Shown: positions 10,499 to 18,986 of the stretch, piece after piece
Numbering within the stretch: position 1 is the stretch's first letter
How the letters are laid out: every line of letters starts with the position of its first letter
DNA from: Candidatus Doudnabacteria bacterium
Lineage (GTDB): Bacteria > Patescibacteriota > Doudnabacteria > UBA920 > O2-02-FULL-48-8
Reading direction: 5' to 3'
Assembly (NCBI GenBank): GCA_016186915.1
Contig: JACPKU010000006.1
Coordinates: 350,086-414,085, forward strand
DNA: 64,000 bases
The notes under the pieces: model-generated
Told to the model about the DNA's origin: nothing
Seen by the model: only the letters and a program-made list of their open reading frames with translations
Databases searched by the model: none
Made by a program: the position numbers and the translations under genes

Positions 10499-10984
10499 TC
10501 ACACCTCCGGGAGCTCCACGACGAAGCTCTGGCGCAACGCGCTCATCGCTTCCTCCAGCCTGTCTCCTGGGATAATGCAGGTGACCTTCATTTCAGAGGA
10601 TCCAATGCAGTCAATGTTGATTCCGCGCTCTGCCAGAGTTCGAAACATCAACGCCCAAAGTTCTGGGCTGGACGCCAATCGCGAACCCTCGATTGCCACA
10701 CTAGCAACATTGGGCTCGAGTATGACGCTGGCAGCAATTTTCCCCTCCACCCAGCCGTCGACCAGTGGACTGATCTTGGCCTCGGCACCCTGGTTCACGA
10801 CAAATGTGATCCGGCTGAATCCGTCGTTTGTGTCCCCTTGCACAATGGGATGGACGTTTATACCCAGACTGGCCACGTCGCCAAACACTGTAGCTGCAAT
10901 GCCCACCTGGTCCGGAACACCATACAGCGTCACTTGGACCAGATCGGCTCGTGACGTGATCGCTCGCACGACTGCTTCTTCCAT
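10499..10984 (-). CDS. Stand-alone tandem ACT-domain protein (resembles the regulatory C-terminal region of aspartate kinase)
   Basis: 161 aa with two beta-alpha-beta-beta-alpha-beta ACT-like repeats (ITFVVNQGAEA..., VTCIIPGDRLEEA...). Confidence 0.5.
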   Translation of the reverse strand: MEEAVVRAITSRADLVQVTLYGVPDQVGIAATVFGDVASLGINVHPIVQGDTNDGFSRITFVVNQGAEAKISPLVDGWVEGKIAASVILEPNVASVAIEGSRLASSPELWALMFRTLAERGINIDCIGSSEMKVTCIIPGDRLEEAMSALRQSFVVELPEV

Positions 10985-11055
10985 GTCACTCCTCCTTCCT
11001 GCTCTTAGCTAAACAATATATAATATTCACCACTTACAGTCAACACGCTCTAAAT

Positions 11056-11084
11056 TTGACTTTTTTTGAATAGAGGAGTATAAT
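11056..11084 (+). promoter_or_regulatory. Near-consensus sigma70 promoter TTGACT-17-TATAAT pointing toward tRNA-Arg(TCT) ~225 nt downstream
   Basis: Exact hexamers and 17-nt spacer read in sequence; followed by 11-bp-stem hairpin at 11143-11167. Confidence 0.45.
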
Positions 11085-11309
11085 TATGCTAGTTAACAAA
11101 CCAAAAAGCAGACGCATCTGACACAGCATTTGCGTTTCTCCCCGATCTCTTACTGTGTAAGAGATCGTTTAATTTCCAGAAAAATGAGTCGCAGGCCCGG
11201 CCGCTCTTGCGGACGGGAACGAGAACAATTTTTCTGAAAGGAGCAGCATGCAAACCGTAGCGGCCGCGAGTTTATGAACGGACGCGAAGCGTTTACCAGA
11301 CTGCGACGT

Positions 11310-11384
11310 GCCCCCGTAGTTCAATGGATAGAACAGGAGACTTCTAATCTCTCGATGCGGGTTCGATTCCTGCCGGGGGTACCA
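11310..11384 (+). tRNA. tRNA-Arg (anticodon TCT), CCA encoded
   Basis: Manual cloverleaf: acceptor gcccccg/cgggggt, D-stem gttc/gaac, anticodon loop cttctaa, T-loop ttcgatt. Confidence 0.9.
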
Positions 11385-11421
11385 GAATACAATTTACAAT
11401 TAACAAATTCCAATTTTCAAT

Positions 11422-11730
11422 ATGGATTTGCAGAAAAATCTGTTTCATGGTTTTTTAAGTGCAGTAGGTGTGTTTGTCTATACTTCAGTAGTTGCGTGGC
11501 TGCTTTTTAACTCCGGCAGACTTTTTGGCACAGAAGACACTTTCTGGGGACCCGTTGGAATGTTACTACTGTTTGTGCTTTCTGCCACGCTTGTGGGATT
11601 GATGGTGCTCGGCCGTCCGGCTTATCTGTTCCTCAATGGCCGCCGATTTGAAGCCCTGAAACTGTTGTTCATGACCATCAGTTGGCTTGCCGTGATTGTC
11701 ATCATCGTTCTCGCGTTTCAGTTGAGTTAA
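11422..11730 (+). CDS. Hypothetical small membrane protein (three TM segments)
   Basis: 102-aa hydrophobic ORF after tRNA. Confidence 0.4.
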   Translation: MDLQKNLFHGFLSAVGVFVYTSVVAWLLFNSGRLFGTEDTFWGPVGMLLLFVLSATLVGLMVLGRPAYLFLNGRRFEALKLLFMTISWLAVIVIIVLAFQLS

Positions 11731-11823
11731 ATCATGGTGCCTGCTCCGACGCTCCGACTAAAACGTCGAAGGTCGGAGTCCCGACCCTAGCCGAAGGCGA
11801 GGCGTCGGGATGGAAGTAAATAT

Positions 11824-11955
11824 ATGCATGGATTTGTATACATCCTTGAAGATGAAAATAATAAATACTACATCGGAAGTAGCAGCAACGTCCCAAAAAG
11901 AAAAGTTAAAACGAAAAGATTATATTACAAAAATAATCAAAGATGGGTATATTAA
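11824..11955 (+). pseudogene. Truncated GIY-YIG nuclease domain remnant (43 codons: MHGFVYILEDENNKYYIGSSSNVPKRKVKTKRLYY...)
   Basis: Own translation of frame not in ORF track; GIY-10-YIG spacing and following basic residues typical of URI domain N-terminus; stops prematurely just before tRNA-His. Confidence 0.5.
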
Positions 11956-11974
11956 AATGAAGCTATAATTTTGT

Positions 11975-12049
11975 GGAGATAGTAGTTCAATGGTAGAACG
12001 CGGCTCTGTGGAAGCCGTCACGGGGGTTCGATTCCCCTCTATCTCCCCA
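11975..12049 (+). tRNA. tRNA-His (anticodon GTG) with genomically encoded G-1 pairing with discriminator C73, CCA encoded
   Basis: Manual cloverleaf: G-1 + acceptor gagatag/ctatctc, D-stem gttc/gaac, anticodon loop ctgtgga, T-loop ttcgatt. Confidence 0.9.
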
Positions 12050-12143
12050 AAATTATGATTTGATTAAGTTAGAGGCTGCTCTGCCCCGACGTCTGCTAAA
12101 AATTGTAGTCGGGGAGCCGACTGAAACGTCGGCTTGGAAGCCG

Positions 12144-12165
12144 TCACGGGGGTTCGACCTGTCCG
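12144..12165 (+). repeat. 22-bp exact direct duplicate of tRNA-His anticodon-stem-to-T-loop segment (ggaagccgtcacgggggttcga), 134 bp downstream of the original
   Basis: Identical string at 12010-12031 and 12144-12165. Confidence 0.7.
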
Positions 12166-12404
12166 CCGAAGCACACGAAGTGAGCGAAGGCGGATGCGGC
12201 CCCAACAAAAGACATTGGCGCTTATGAGAGTTGAACATTGGCCGCGAGACAGAAAAGCCTAATCTTGCCTTGTTGTTTTTTGTTTGCGAGTATGCTATAC
12301 TACCTGTGTATTTAATTGAGAAGTCGTCGAGCTTAATATTTTCCGCCAACGGCGGATCCGCCTCCGGCGGAATATTTACATAATAACATTAATACAACAA
12401 ATCT

Positions 12405-12602
12405 ATGAAAGGTGTAGTTAAGAAAAAGACCGAGAAGGGGTTTGGTTTCATTTCGGTCGAAGGTCAGGAAAAAGACCTCTTCTTCCACGGCAATTCCCTT
12501 GTTGATGTAACTTTCGATGAACTCAAAGAAGGCGACAAAGTTACCTTTGATATCGAAGAATCACAAAAAGGGCCGAACGCCACAAACGTAAAGCGCGCTT
12601 AG
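12405..12602 (+). CDS. Cold-shock protein, CspA family (cold-shock domain)
   Basis: 65 aa; RNP1-like KGFGFI motif; long structured 5' UTR; hairpin terminator downstream. Confidence 0.92.
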   Translation: MKGVVKKKTEKGFGFISVEGQEKDLFFHGNSLVDVTFDELKEGDKVTFDIEESQKGPNATNVKRA

Positions 12603-12707
12603 TCCCCTTGCCCTTAAAAATCGCCAGCGTTGCGAGGTCAAAATCCCGCAAGACATGTCGGCGATTTTTTGGTATAATAACTCTGTAAAAATTGAGCAAG
12701 AAAGGCG

Positions 12708-14024
12708 TTGATGGAAACACTGGTTGATCCGCAAGCCACGTTTAATAACTTAGGCATCGCTCCCCAGCTTTTGGAAATTTTAGAGCGCTTAAAATTCGTC
12801 TATCCTACCCCCATTCAACAGCAGGCCATACCAGTGGCAATTGAAGGCAAAGACCTTATGGGCATTGCCCAAACCGGCACTGGCAAAACCCTGGCTTTTG
12901 GCGTACCCATGATTCAACGGCTGGCGCAAAGCAGCGGGAAGATAAAAGGATTAATAATTCTGCCGACCAGAGAATTGGCGCTGCAGGTGGACGAAACACT
13001 CAAAAAAATTGGCAGCACACTTGGACTTAAAACCGCCATCTTGATCGGCGGCGAAGCCATGAGCCGGCAGCTTAAAATGCTTAGGCAAAAACCCCATATC
13101 ATAATTGGCACTCCGGGTCGTTTGATTGACCACTTGGAAAATAAAACGATTAATTTATCAAATACTGGCATTCTGGTTTTGGACGAAGCAGACCGGATGC
13201 TGGACATGGGGTTTGAACCTCAAATCAAAAAAATCCTGCAAAGGATCCCGACACAGCGGCAGACCATGCTGTTTTCAGCCACCATGCCGGCTGAGATTGT
13301 AAAAATCGCGCACTCCTACATGAGCCTGCCTTTGCGGGTAGAAGTGGCTCCATCTGGCACCACAATCCACACCGTGGTCCAGGAAGTGCTGTTTGTGGAC
13401 CGGCAAGATAAAATTTCTTCCCTGCGTTCCGTACTTTCAGAATACAAAGGAAGCGTCTTGGTTTTTACCCGAACCAAGCACGGGGCCAAAAAAATCGCCC
13501 GAACAGTGCGGGACATGGGCCACTCGGCAGCGGAAATCCACTCCAATCGATCACTAGGTCAGAGAGTTGAAGCATTGGAAGGATTTAAAATCGGCAAATA
13601 CCGAGTGCTGGTGGCCACTGACATTGCTGCCCGAGGCATTGATGTTACCGGGATTGAAATGGTTATCAACTATGACTTGCCCGCCACGGCGGAAGACTAC
13701 GTCCACCGCATTGGACGGACCGGACGCGCTGGCATGACCGGCCACGCCATTTCATTTGCCACACCTGACCAAAGGCGGGAAGTGAGAAACATTGAGAGGC
13801 TTATCCGCAAACCGCTTCCAATTTCTCAGAGTTCTAAAAAACTGCCGCAGACAGAGCAGGATCGAACCTCTCGTCCGTTTGATCGAAAAAAATTTGGCAA
13901 CAATCGAAGATTTTCCCGCCACCCGCGCCGGCAAGCGCGGCCGCAAGCGCGATCCAGAGGCAGGTCGAATTTTCAAAGTAGCAAGGGTTATTTTATGAAA
14001 TATAATCCTGCCAACAGCGAGTAG
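12708..14024 (+). CDS. DEAD-box ATP-dependent RNA helicase with Arg-rich C-terminal tail
   Basis: Q-motif, AQTGTGKT, PTRELA, DEAD, SAT, HRIGRTGRAG motifs all present. Confidence 0.92.
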   Translation: MMETLVDPQATFNNLGIAPQLLEILERLKFVYPTPIQQQAIPVAIEGKDLMGIAQTGTGKTLAFGVPMIQRLAQSSGKIKGLIILPTRELALQVDETLKKIGSTLGLKTAILIGGEAMSRQLKMLRQKPHIIIGTPGRLIDHLENKTINLSNTGILVLDEADRMLDMGFEPQIKKILQRIPTQRQTMLFSATMPAEIVKIAHSYMSLPLRVEVAPSGTTIHTVVQEVLFVDRQDKISSLRSVLSEYKGSVLVFTRTKHGAKKIARTVRDMGHSAAEIHSNRSLGQRVEALEGFKIGKYRVLVATDIAARGIDVTGIEMVINYDLPATAEDYVHRIGRTGRAGMTGHAISFATPDQRREVRNIERLIRKPLPISQSSKKLPQTEQDRTSRPFDRKKFGNNRRFSRHPRRQARPQARSRGRSNFQSSKGYFMKYNPANSE

Positions 14025-14028
14025 AGAT

Positions 14029-14355
14029 ATGCACCGGGATTTAGCGCTGATTAAGTTCGTGATGGCGAAAAATAAACTGCCGCGGGTGGAGCCGAAGCGT
14101 TTCCCAAGGGGCGTGATTAACCGCGTCTACGATTTAGGCGATTGCGTCATCAAAATCGAGGGCAGCGATTTGACGGATCATGCGAAGGGCGTACTCAAAC
14201 CGCAGGCGGAAATTATGAGCGAACTTATTTCTTTAGGCGCTAAGGTGCCAAAAATAGTAGATCACGGCGGGTTTGAAGGACACCCTTATCTGTTGATGGA
14301 AAAAATCAGAGGTCAAAATCTAGTCTATGACTGGCTGAAGAAACTGCTCTCCTAA
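14029..14355 (+). pseudogene. Fragment resembling N-lobe of aminoglycoside/choline-kinase-type phosphotransferase; appears truncated (108 aa)
   Basis: Only N-lobe-like sequence (VYDLGDCVIKI...LMEKIRGQNL); no catalytic HGD/D loop; could also be a short genuine protein. Confidence 0.3.
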
Positions 14356-14439
14356 ACGACGAAAAGCGCACTGGAGAATTGACGGGACTCCTCCTTGAAA
14401 GTCCCTTCTCACATATGCGCTTGTCTATGATGACGTCTG

Positions 14440-14892
14440 TCAGTTGTATTTTTGTTGCAACTCTCTGAACGAACACTCTTCACATACTTCCTCAAAACGG
14501 TGCACTGTAAATATGATAGTCTCTGGCTTCACCCCATTCCAGCCACTCAGCATTGTCCTGCACTCTCCGCATGGCGGCAGGGTCTTGCAATCCTTCCCAC
14601 TGCGACCGTCACGCTGAGGCAAACCAGCTACGGCGATAGCAATGATTTCTAAGTATCCCGCTTTGATGGCTTTCTCCAAGGCCTCGAACTCCGCACAGCG
14701 CTTCGGTCCAGGTTTGAGTGCTGGCATGAAGTTCGCACCCCAGAAAATACGATACTCGGAACCGTTATAGGCCAGCATGGCACAACCTACCAAAAAATCA
14801 CGATAGTTGATGCCAGCAAAAGCAGCGAAACGAGCCAACATTTTTAGAAAGTTTTTGCATAGAAGATACATCTCGACATGGCGTCGATCCAC
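14440..14892 (-). CDS. cdd: Cytidine deaminase, homotetrameric (CAE / PCGxC zinc-binding type)
   Basis: Motifs CAEFEAL and PCGECRTML match CDA zinc ligands; start may be at internal Met. Confidence 0.7.
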   Translation of the reverse strand: MDRRHVEMYLLCKNFLKMLARFAAFAGINYRDFLVGCAMLAYNGSEYRIFWGANFMPALKPGPKRCAEFEALEKAIKAGYLEIIAIAVAGLPQRDGRSGKDCKTLPPCGECRTMLSGWNGVKPETIIFTVHRFEEVCEECSFRELQQKYN

Positions 14893-15023
14893 GTATCCTC
14901 CGGTTTACTTTCTAAAAAGAGTGAATTTATTATTGCTTAAAATAAATTCCTGGTCAAGTATAACTACCAAAAAACACCTTCTTTACAGAAAGTGTTTTCC
15001 AGAAAATCAAGAATTGAGATTGC

Positions 15024-15404
15024 TTAAGTGTACTGGCTTACAGCCAAAATATTCCCTTCACTATCCTTAAACCACGCGCCCTTGATTTTGCCCATGGTGG
15101 CTATACTGTTGACTGTTTTCAGTCCCGGAAAATCATATTCCTCGAATACCACCCCTTTGCCCCGCAGCTCACTCATCTCAGCTTCCAAATCTTCCACCTC
15201 AAACCCAGCCAAGGTGTGTTCCGCCTGGGAAGGCGGTCTTTGGTAAATATACAGCCTGGTTCCTCCCCCGCAGGCAAAAGTGGCGGAATTGGGCTCTGCT
15301 TCTCTTGGAATTTCTTTCAATCCCAACTTTTCTGCGTAAAATTTTCTCGCCCTGGCAATGTCCACCGCCGGCAAAGTAGGACTAACTGGAGCGTTTGATA
15401 ACAT
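15024..15404 (-). CDS. VOC family protein (glyoxalase/bleomycin resistance/dioxygenase fold)
   Basis: 126 aa with paired beta-alpha-beta-beta-beta modules typical of VOC superfamily. Confidence 0.75.
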   Translation of the reverse strand: MLSNAPVSPTLPAVDIARARKFYAEKLGLKEIPREAEPNSATFACGGGTRLYIYQRPPSQAEHTLAGFEVEDLEAEMSELRGKGVVFEEYDFPGLKTVNSIATMGKIKGAWFKDSEGNILAVSQYT

Positions 15405-15509
15405 GTCTTGCCCTTTCTTTATTTAAGATTCAAGCTCGACCTTTATTTTCTGCAAGTGCACGATAAGTATAAAACAAGGGTTTTTGTTTTGCAATTATTC
15501 AGCTAGACT

Positions 15510-17009
15510 ATGGGTATGTTACTCAAATTTCTCTCCTCCATCACTATGTATCGGTTGCTCCTGTATGTTTTGATCCTGATCCTGCTCGGTTCAGTAGTTT
15601 TTGCGTTCTTAGGGCTTGCGCCATACAACGCCCCTGACATCATAGTTCAGGCGATTTTCTTGTTGGCAACCACAGGAATCCTAAACAAAACCTTGGCGAA
15701 ATTTTTTAAAACCCCGGACAACACGGAATCCTGGATTATCACGGCGCTGATCTTAACCTTGATCCTCGGCCCCTATTCTGTATCTGAAGGATGGCTGATT
15801 CTAACTGTCGCATCAGCAGCGGCCATAGTATCCAAATTTACCCTGGTGAAAAACCACAGCCACATTTTTAATCCTGCGGCCCTGGGTGCTTTGGTAATCG
15901 CGCTTGCCCTAAACTCTTTGGCGAGTTGGTGGGCGGGTGGGATAGCGCTTGCTCCTTTAATTTTTTTCTTAGGACTGGTGGTTGCCTTGAAAACAAAAAG
16001 GCTCCATCTTTTGATCGGCTTTCTGGCTGCTTACTTAAGTGTCGTACTTTTGGACACTGTCCTAATCCAAAAAATAGACCCATCTGTGGCTCTCAATACT
16101 TTACGAAACCTGATCGTATCCCCGGCTTTTTTATTTTTTCTGTTTATCATGCTTATAGAACCGCTGACCTCTCCCAGAACAACCAGGCATCGGGTTTATT
16201 TCGGAATATTTGCGGGTCTTGCCTGGTTTAGTCTGCAAAAATTCCTGCCCACTATTCCTTATTCTCTGGAATTGTCCCTCGTTTTGAGTAATGCTTTCGC
16301 TTTTTTGCTCGCCCCAAACTTCAGACAAAAATTTACTCTCACAAAAAAAGAAGCTTTAACTCCAAGCATAGTTAATTTCTGGTTTGCTCCGCAAAAACCG
16401 TTTGCTTTTTCCCCCGGCCAGTTTTTAGAATATACCCTGCCCCACCCAAGCTCAGACGCGCGTGGGATCAGAAGGTATTTCACCATCACCTCGTCTCCAA
16501 CAGAAAAAGATATCCTAATCACTTCCCGGTTTTCCGAAAAAGGAAGCAGCTTTAAGCTGAAACTTAGACAAATGAAAGTTGATGAACAAATAATCGGCTC
16601 TTATTTGGCCGGCGATTTTATACTCCCTCAAAATAAAAAGCAAAAACTCCTGTTTATTGCCGGAGGTGTCGGCGTTACGCCTTTCAGAAGCATGATAAAA
16701 AACTTGATCGATACTAATGAACAAAGAGACATTGTCTTAATTTACGCCGCGAGAAACCAAGAAGACCTGGTGTTTACTGAAATATTTAAGGAAGCAGAAA
16801 ATATCTTGGGACTGAAGTTCATACCCGTTCTCGCGGAATCAAATCAAAAAGTCGATCAAGAATTTCTTACAACCCGCGTTTCTGATCTAAAAGAAAGGAT
16901 CGCTTATCTTTCTGGCCCGGAAGGCATGGTCCGCTCATTAAGCAAGGTCCTCAAAAACGCAGGACTCAAACGTAATCAAATTAAACACGACTATTTCCCG
17001 GGATACTAA
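15510..17009 (+). CDS. Membrane oxidoreductase: ~8-TM N-terminal domain (RnfD/NqrB-like HxFNPA motif) fused to ferredoxin-NADP reductase-like FAD/NAD(P)-binding domain
   Basis: C-terminal RRYFTITS (RxYS FAD motif) and LLFIAGGVGVTPF (NAD(P) GGxGxxP motif); hydrophobic N-terminal 300 aa. Confidence 0.6.
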   Translation: MGMLLKFLSSITMYRLLLYVLILILLGSVVFAFLGLAPYNAPDIIVQAIFLLATTGILNKTLAKFFKTPDNTESWIITALILTLILGPYSVSEGWLILTVASAAAIVSKFTLVKNHSHIFNPAALGALVIALALNSLASWWAGGIALAPLIFFLGLVVALKTKRLHLLIGFLAAYLSVVLLDTVLIQKIDPSVALNTLRNLIVSPAFLFFLFIMLIEPLTSPRTTRHRVYFGIFAGLAWFSLQKFLPTIPYSLELSLVLSNAFAFLLAPNFRQKFTLTKKEALTPSIVNFWFAPQKPFAFSPGQFLEYTLPHPSSDARGIRRYFTITSSPTEKDILITSRFSEKGSSFKLKLRQMKVDEQIIGSYLAGDFILPQNKKQKLLFIAGGVGVTPFRSMIKNLIDTNEQRDIVLIYAARNQEDLVFTEIFKEAENILGLKFIPVLAESNQKVDQEFLTTRVSDLKERIAYLSGPEGMVRSLSKVLKNAGLKRNQIKHDYFPGY

Positions 17010-17182
17010 CCCTTAGTTTACTTGAGTGAAGGTGCCGTTGTAAAACTAACCTGCGCAGTGCGACGGCGCGAGCAAGCTGCTCTCGGCAGCCGGTGAGGTA
17101 GTGAATCTGGTCGCAAATTCAGCAGAATTTGACGACCGGTAGTTTTCAACGGCGCCAAACGATTACCAAACGAGTAGCAATA

Positions 17183-17215
17183 AAACTCCCGCAGGGGAGT
17201 TTTATTGCGTCTTTT
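17183..17215. terminator. Bidirectional terminator hairpin aaaactcccc-tgcg-ggggagtttt between convergent genes
   Basis: Perfect palindrome flanked by A/T runs on both strands. Confidence 0.55.
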
Positions 17216-17234
17216 GAAGCGGTTACCCGAGCGC

Positions 17235-17720
17235 CTATTCCACAATCAATTTTCCGACCATTCCCAAGGCTCGATGGTTGCCCACTGAGCAATAATATTC
17301 AAATTGTCCTGTCTTGTCTGCAACGAATTCCACAGTCGCTTTCTCCCCCGCCTGGATTACCGGGGTTTTAGCATTGAATTCGTCAATCGTCCAATCATGC
17401 GTGCCTTGCCCGTTTTCAAAATTAACGCGGACTGTGTCGCCCTTACTCACCCTGATCTCTTTGACAGAAAACTGAAACGGGGTTCCCACCAGCGCAAATT
17501 CCTTGACTGCTTGTTCACTCGCCGCTGTTTCCTCGCCCCCCATCATCTCCTCATTGTCCATCATCCCTTCTTCCCCCTCCATCATCTCGTCCATCTCGTC
17601 GCCTTTTGTCTCGTCAGGAGCAACTACCGGAGCAACCGCTTGTTGGCTGTTAAAAACGAAGAACCCGATTATGACCAGCACAACCACGACCAAAATAGTT
17701 ATTATTGATTTTGTATTCAT
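17235..17720 (-). CDS. Membrane-anchored cupredoxin (type-1 copper) domain protein with Met/Glu-rich linker
   Basis: Candidate Cu ligands GTHDW, YYCSVGNHRALGM (C, H, M) and MMEGEEGMMDNEEMMGGEE linker; N-terminal TM anchor. Confidence 0.65.
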   Translation of the reverse strand: MNTKSIITILVVVVLVIIGFFVFNSQQAVAPVVAPDETKGDEMDEMMEGEEGMMDNEEMMGGEETAASEQAVKEFALVGTPFQFSVKEIRVSKGDTVRVNFENGQGTHDWTIDEFNAKTPVIQAGEKATVEFVADKTGQFEYYCSVGNHRALGMVGKLIVE

Positions 17721-17864
17721 ATCCGCTCTCCTTTTTGGTTAATTTATCTCATTATAATACACTTTCATTTTAATTCAAATATGCACGATTATGGGGTTAA
17801 AACAGGCCTTGACAGGACTTATACAAAGAGTACAATATAGGCTACAAATAATTAATCATAATTT

Positions 17865-18704
17865 ATGTTCAACAAAATTATTTCTGGTTCGATTGCTTTG
17901 AGTCTGGTGCTTCTGGCAGGCCCGGCGTCAGCAATGCCCAATCATCAGACTGCAGAACTTTCAGCTCCAGGCACAAACAGAGTCCTAACCCTGCCAACTG
18001 CTGCTGATAATTCCCCAGTAATTTCTTTGGGCACGGCCATAGATCCGCAAAGCGGAAAGGTTGTGGAAGGGATTGCCATCGTCCATCCCAAAAAAACCTA
18101 TGACCATAAACCACAACATGACGCCGCTAAAGCTGGCGGAAAAGGTGGCGGTAGTTCTTGTTATGCATTCCTTGCCAATGGCGCCAAATGGAAGAGCGTA
18201 GAAAATTGGGCAATAAATACCAACAATAACGAAAACCTGACCGGCTCCTTTGTGTTTGATAATTTTGCAGCCAGTCTTGATAAATGGGAAACTGCTGGTG
18301 GAGCCAATATTTTTGGCAATGGAGCTGTCACAAGTGATGTTTTAAGCGCTGATACCGAATCTCCAGACGGCGTGAACGAAGTCTACTTCGGCGATGTCGG
18401 GAGCCAAGGCGCGATCGCGGTCACGATTGTCTGGGGAATCTTCAGCGGCCCGCCGTTTGCCCGCGAATTAGTGGAATGGGACATGGTCTTGGATGAAGTT
18501 GATTTTGATTGGTCTGCCACAGGAGAAGCCGGCAAAATGGATTACGAAAATATCACCACGCATGAAATCGGCCACGCCGCCGGCATGGGGCATCCGGATG
18601 ACTCCTGCCTAGAAGAAACCATGTATCGATTTGCGGATTACGGCGAAACCAAAAAACGCGACTTGAATGCTGGAGACATCGCAGGGATCGATAAGCTTTA
18701 CTAA
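17865..18704 (+). CDS. Secreted zinc metalloprotease, metzincin (matrixin-like) family
   Basis: Signal peptide; HEIGHAAGMGH (HExxHxxGxxH) followed by Met-turn ETMY. Confidence 0.75.
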   Translation: MFNKIISGSIALSLVLLAGPASAMPNHQTAELSAPGTNRVLTLPTAADNSPVISLGTAIDPQSGKVVEGIAIVHPKKTYDHKPQHDAAKAGGKGGGSSCYAFLANGAKWKSVENWAINTNNNENLTGSFVFDNFAASLDKWETAGGANIFGNGAVTSDVLSADTESPDGVNEVYFGDVGSQGAIAVTIVWGIFSGPPFARELVEWDMVLDEVDFDWSATGEAGKMDYENITTHEIGHAAGMGHPDDSCLEETMYRFADYGETKKRDLNAGDIAGIDKLY

Positions 18705-18925
18705 ATCCACAGAGTTGCTGAAGACTAAAACACAGCCGCCAATGGCGGGTGTGTTTTTATCTCAATTTTTTATTCGAACGGAACCTTGGCAGGACAATTA
18801 CGCCAAAAAAATCGTAGAATCATAAAATCTGATCTGCTTAAGATAAAACTGGATTCAGAGTAGGTATTACTACAAGGTTAATTTGCCTCGTTAATTTATA
18901 TTAGACTTTAATCCTGGCTTAACCC

Positions 18926-18973
18926 TTGACAAGGCTTGGGAGGCTATGATACTATTCTAATAGTTATTAGAAT
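18926..18973 (+). promoter_or_regulatory. Promoter (TTGACA -35) with 9-2-9 inverted repeat ATTCTAATA-GT-TATTAGAAT, candidate ArsR operator overlapping -10/TSS
   Basis: Hexamer and perfect palindrome read directly upstream of ArsR ATG at 18987. Confidence 0.45.
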
Positions 18974-18986
18974 ACTAGAATTGTTT

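Noticed and set aside
11186-11305. Possible SRP (4.5S) RNA because of GAAAGGAGCAGC resembling the GGAAGGAAGCAGC domain IV motif
   Set aside because: The complementary 5' strand of the helix-8 symmetric loop could not be found, and the match is too short to trust without a covariance model.
12053-12349. 98-aa minus-strand ORF downstream of tRNA-His
   Set aside because: It covers the partial tRNA copy and several palindromic hairpins, and no start or RBS is evident, so the region is better explained as structured non-coding DNA.
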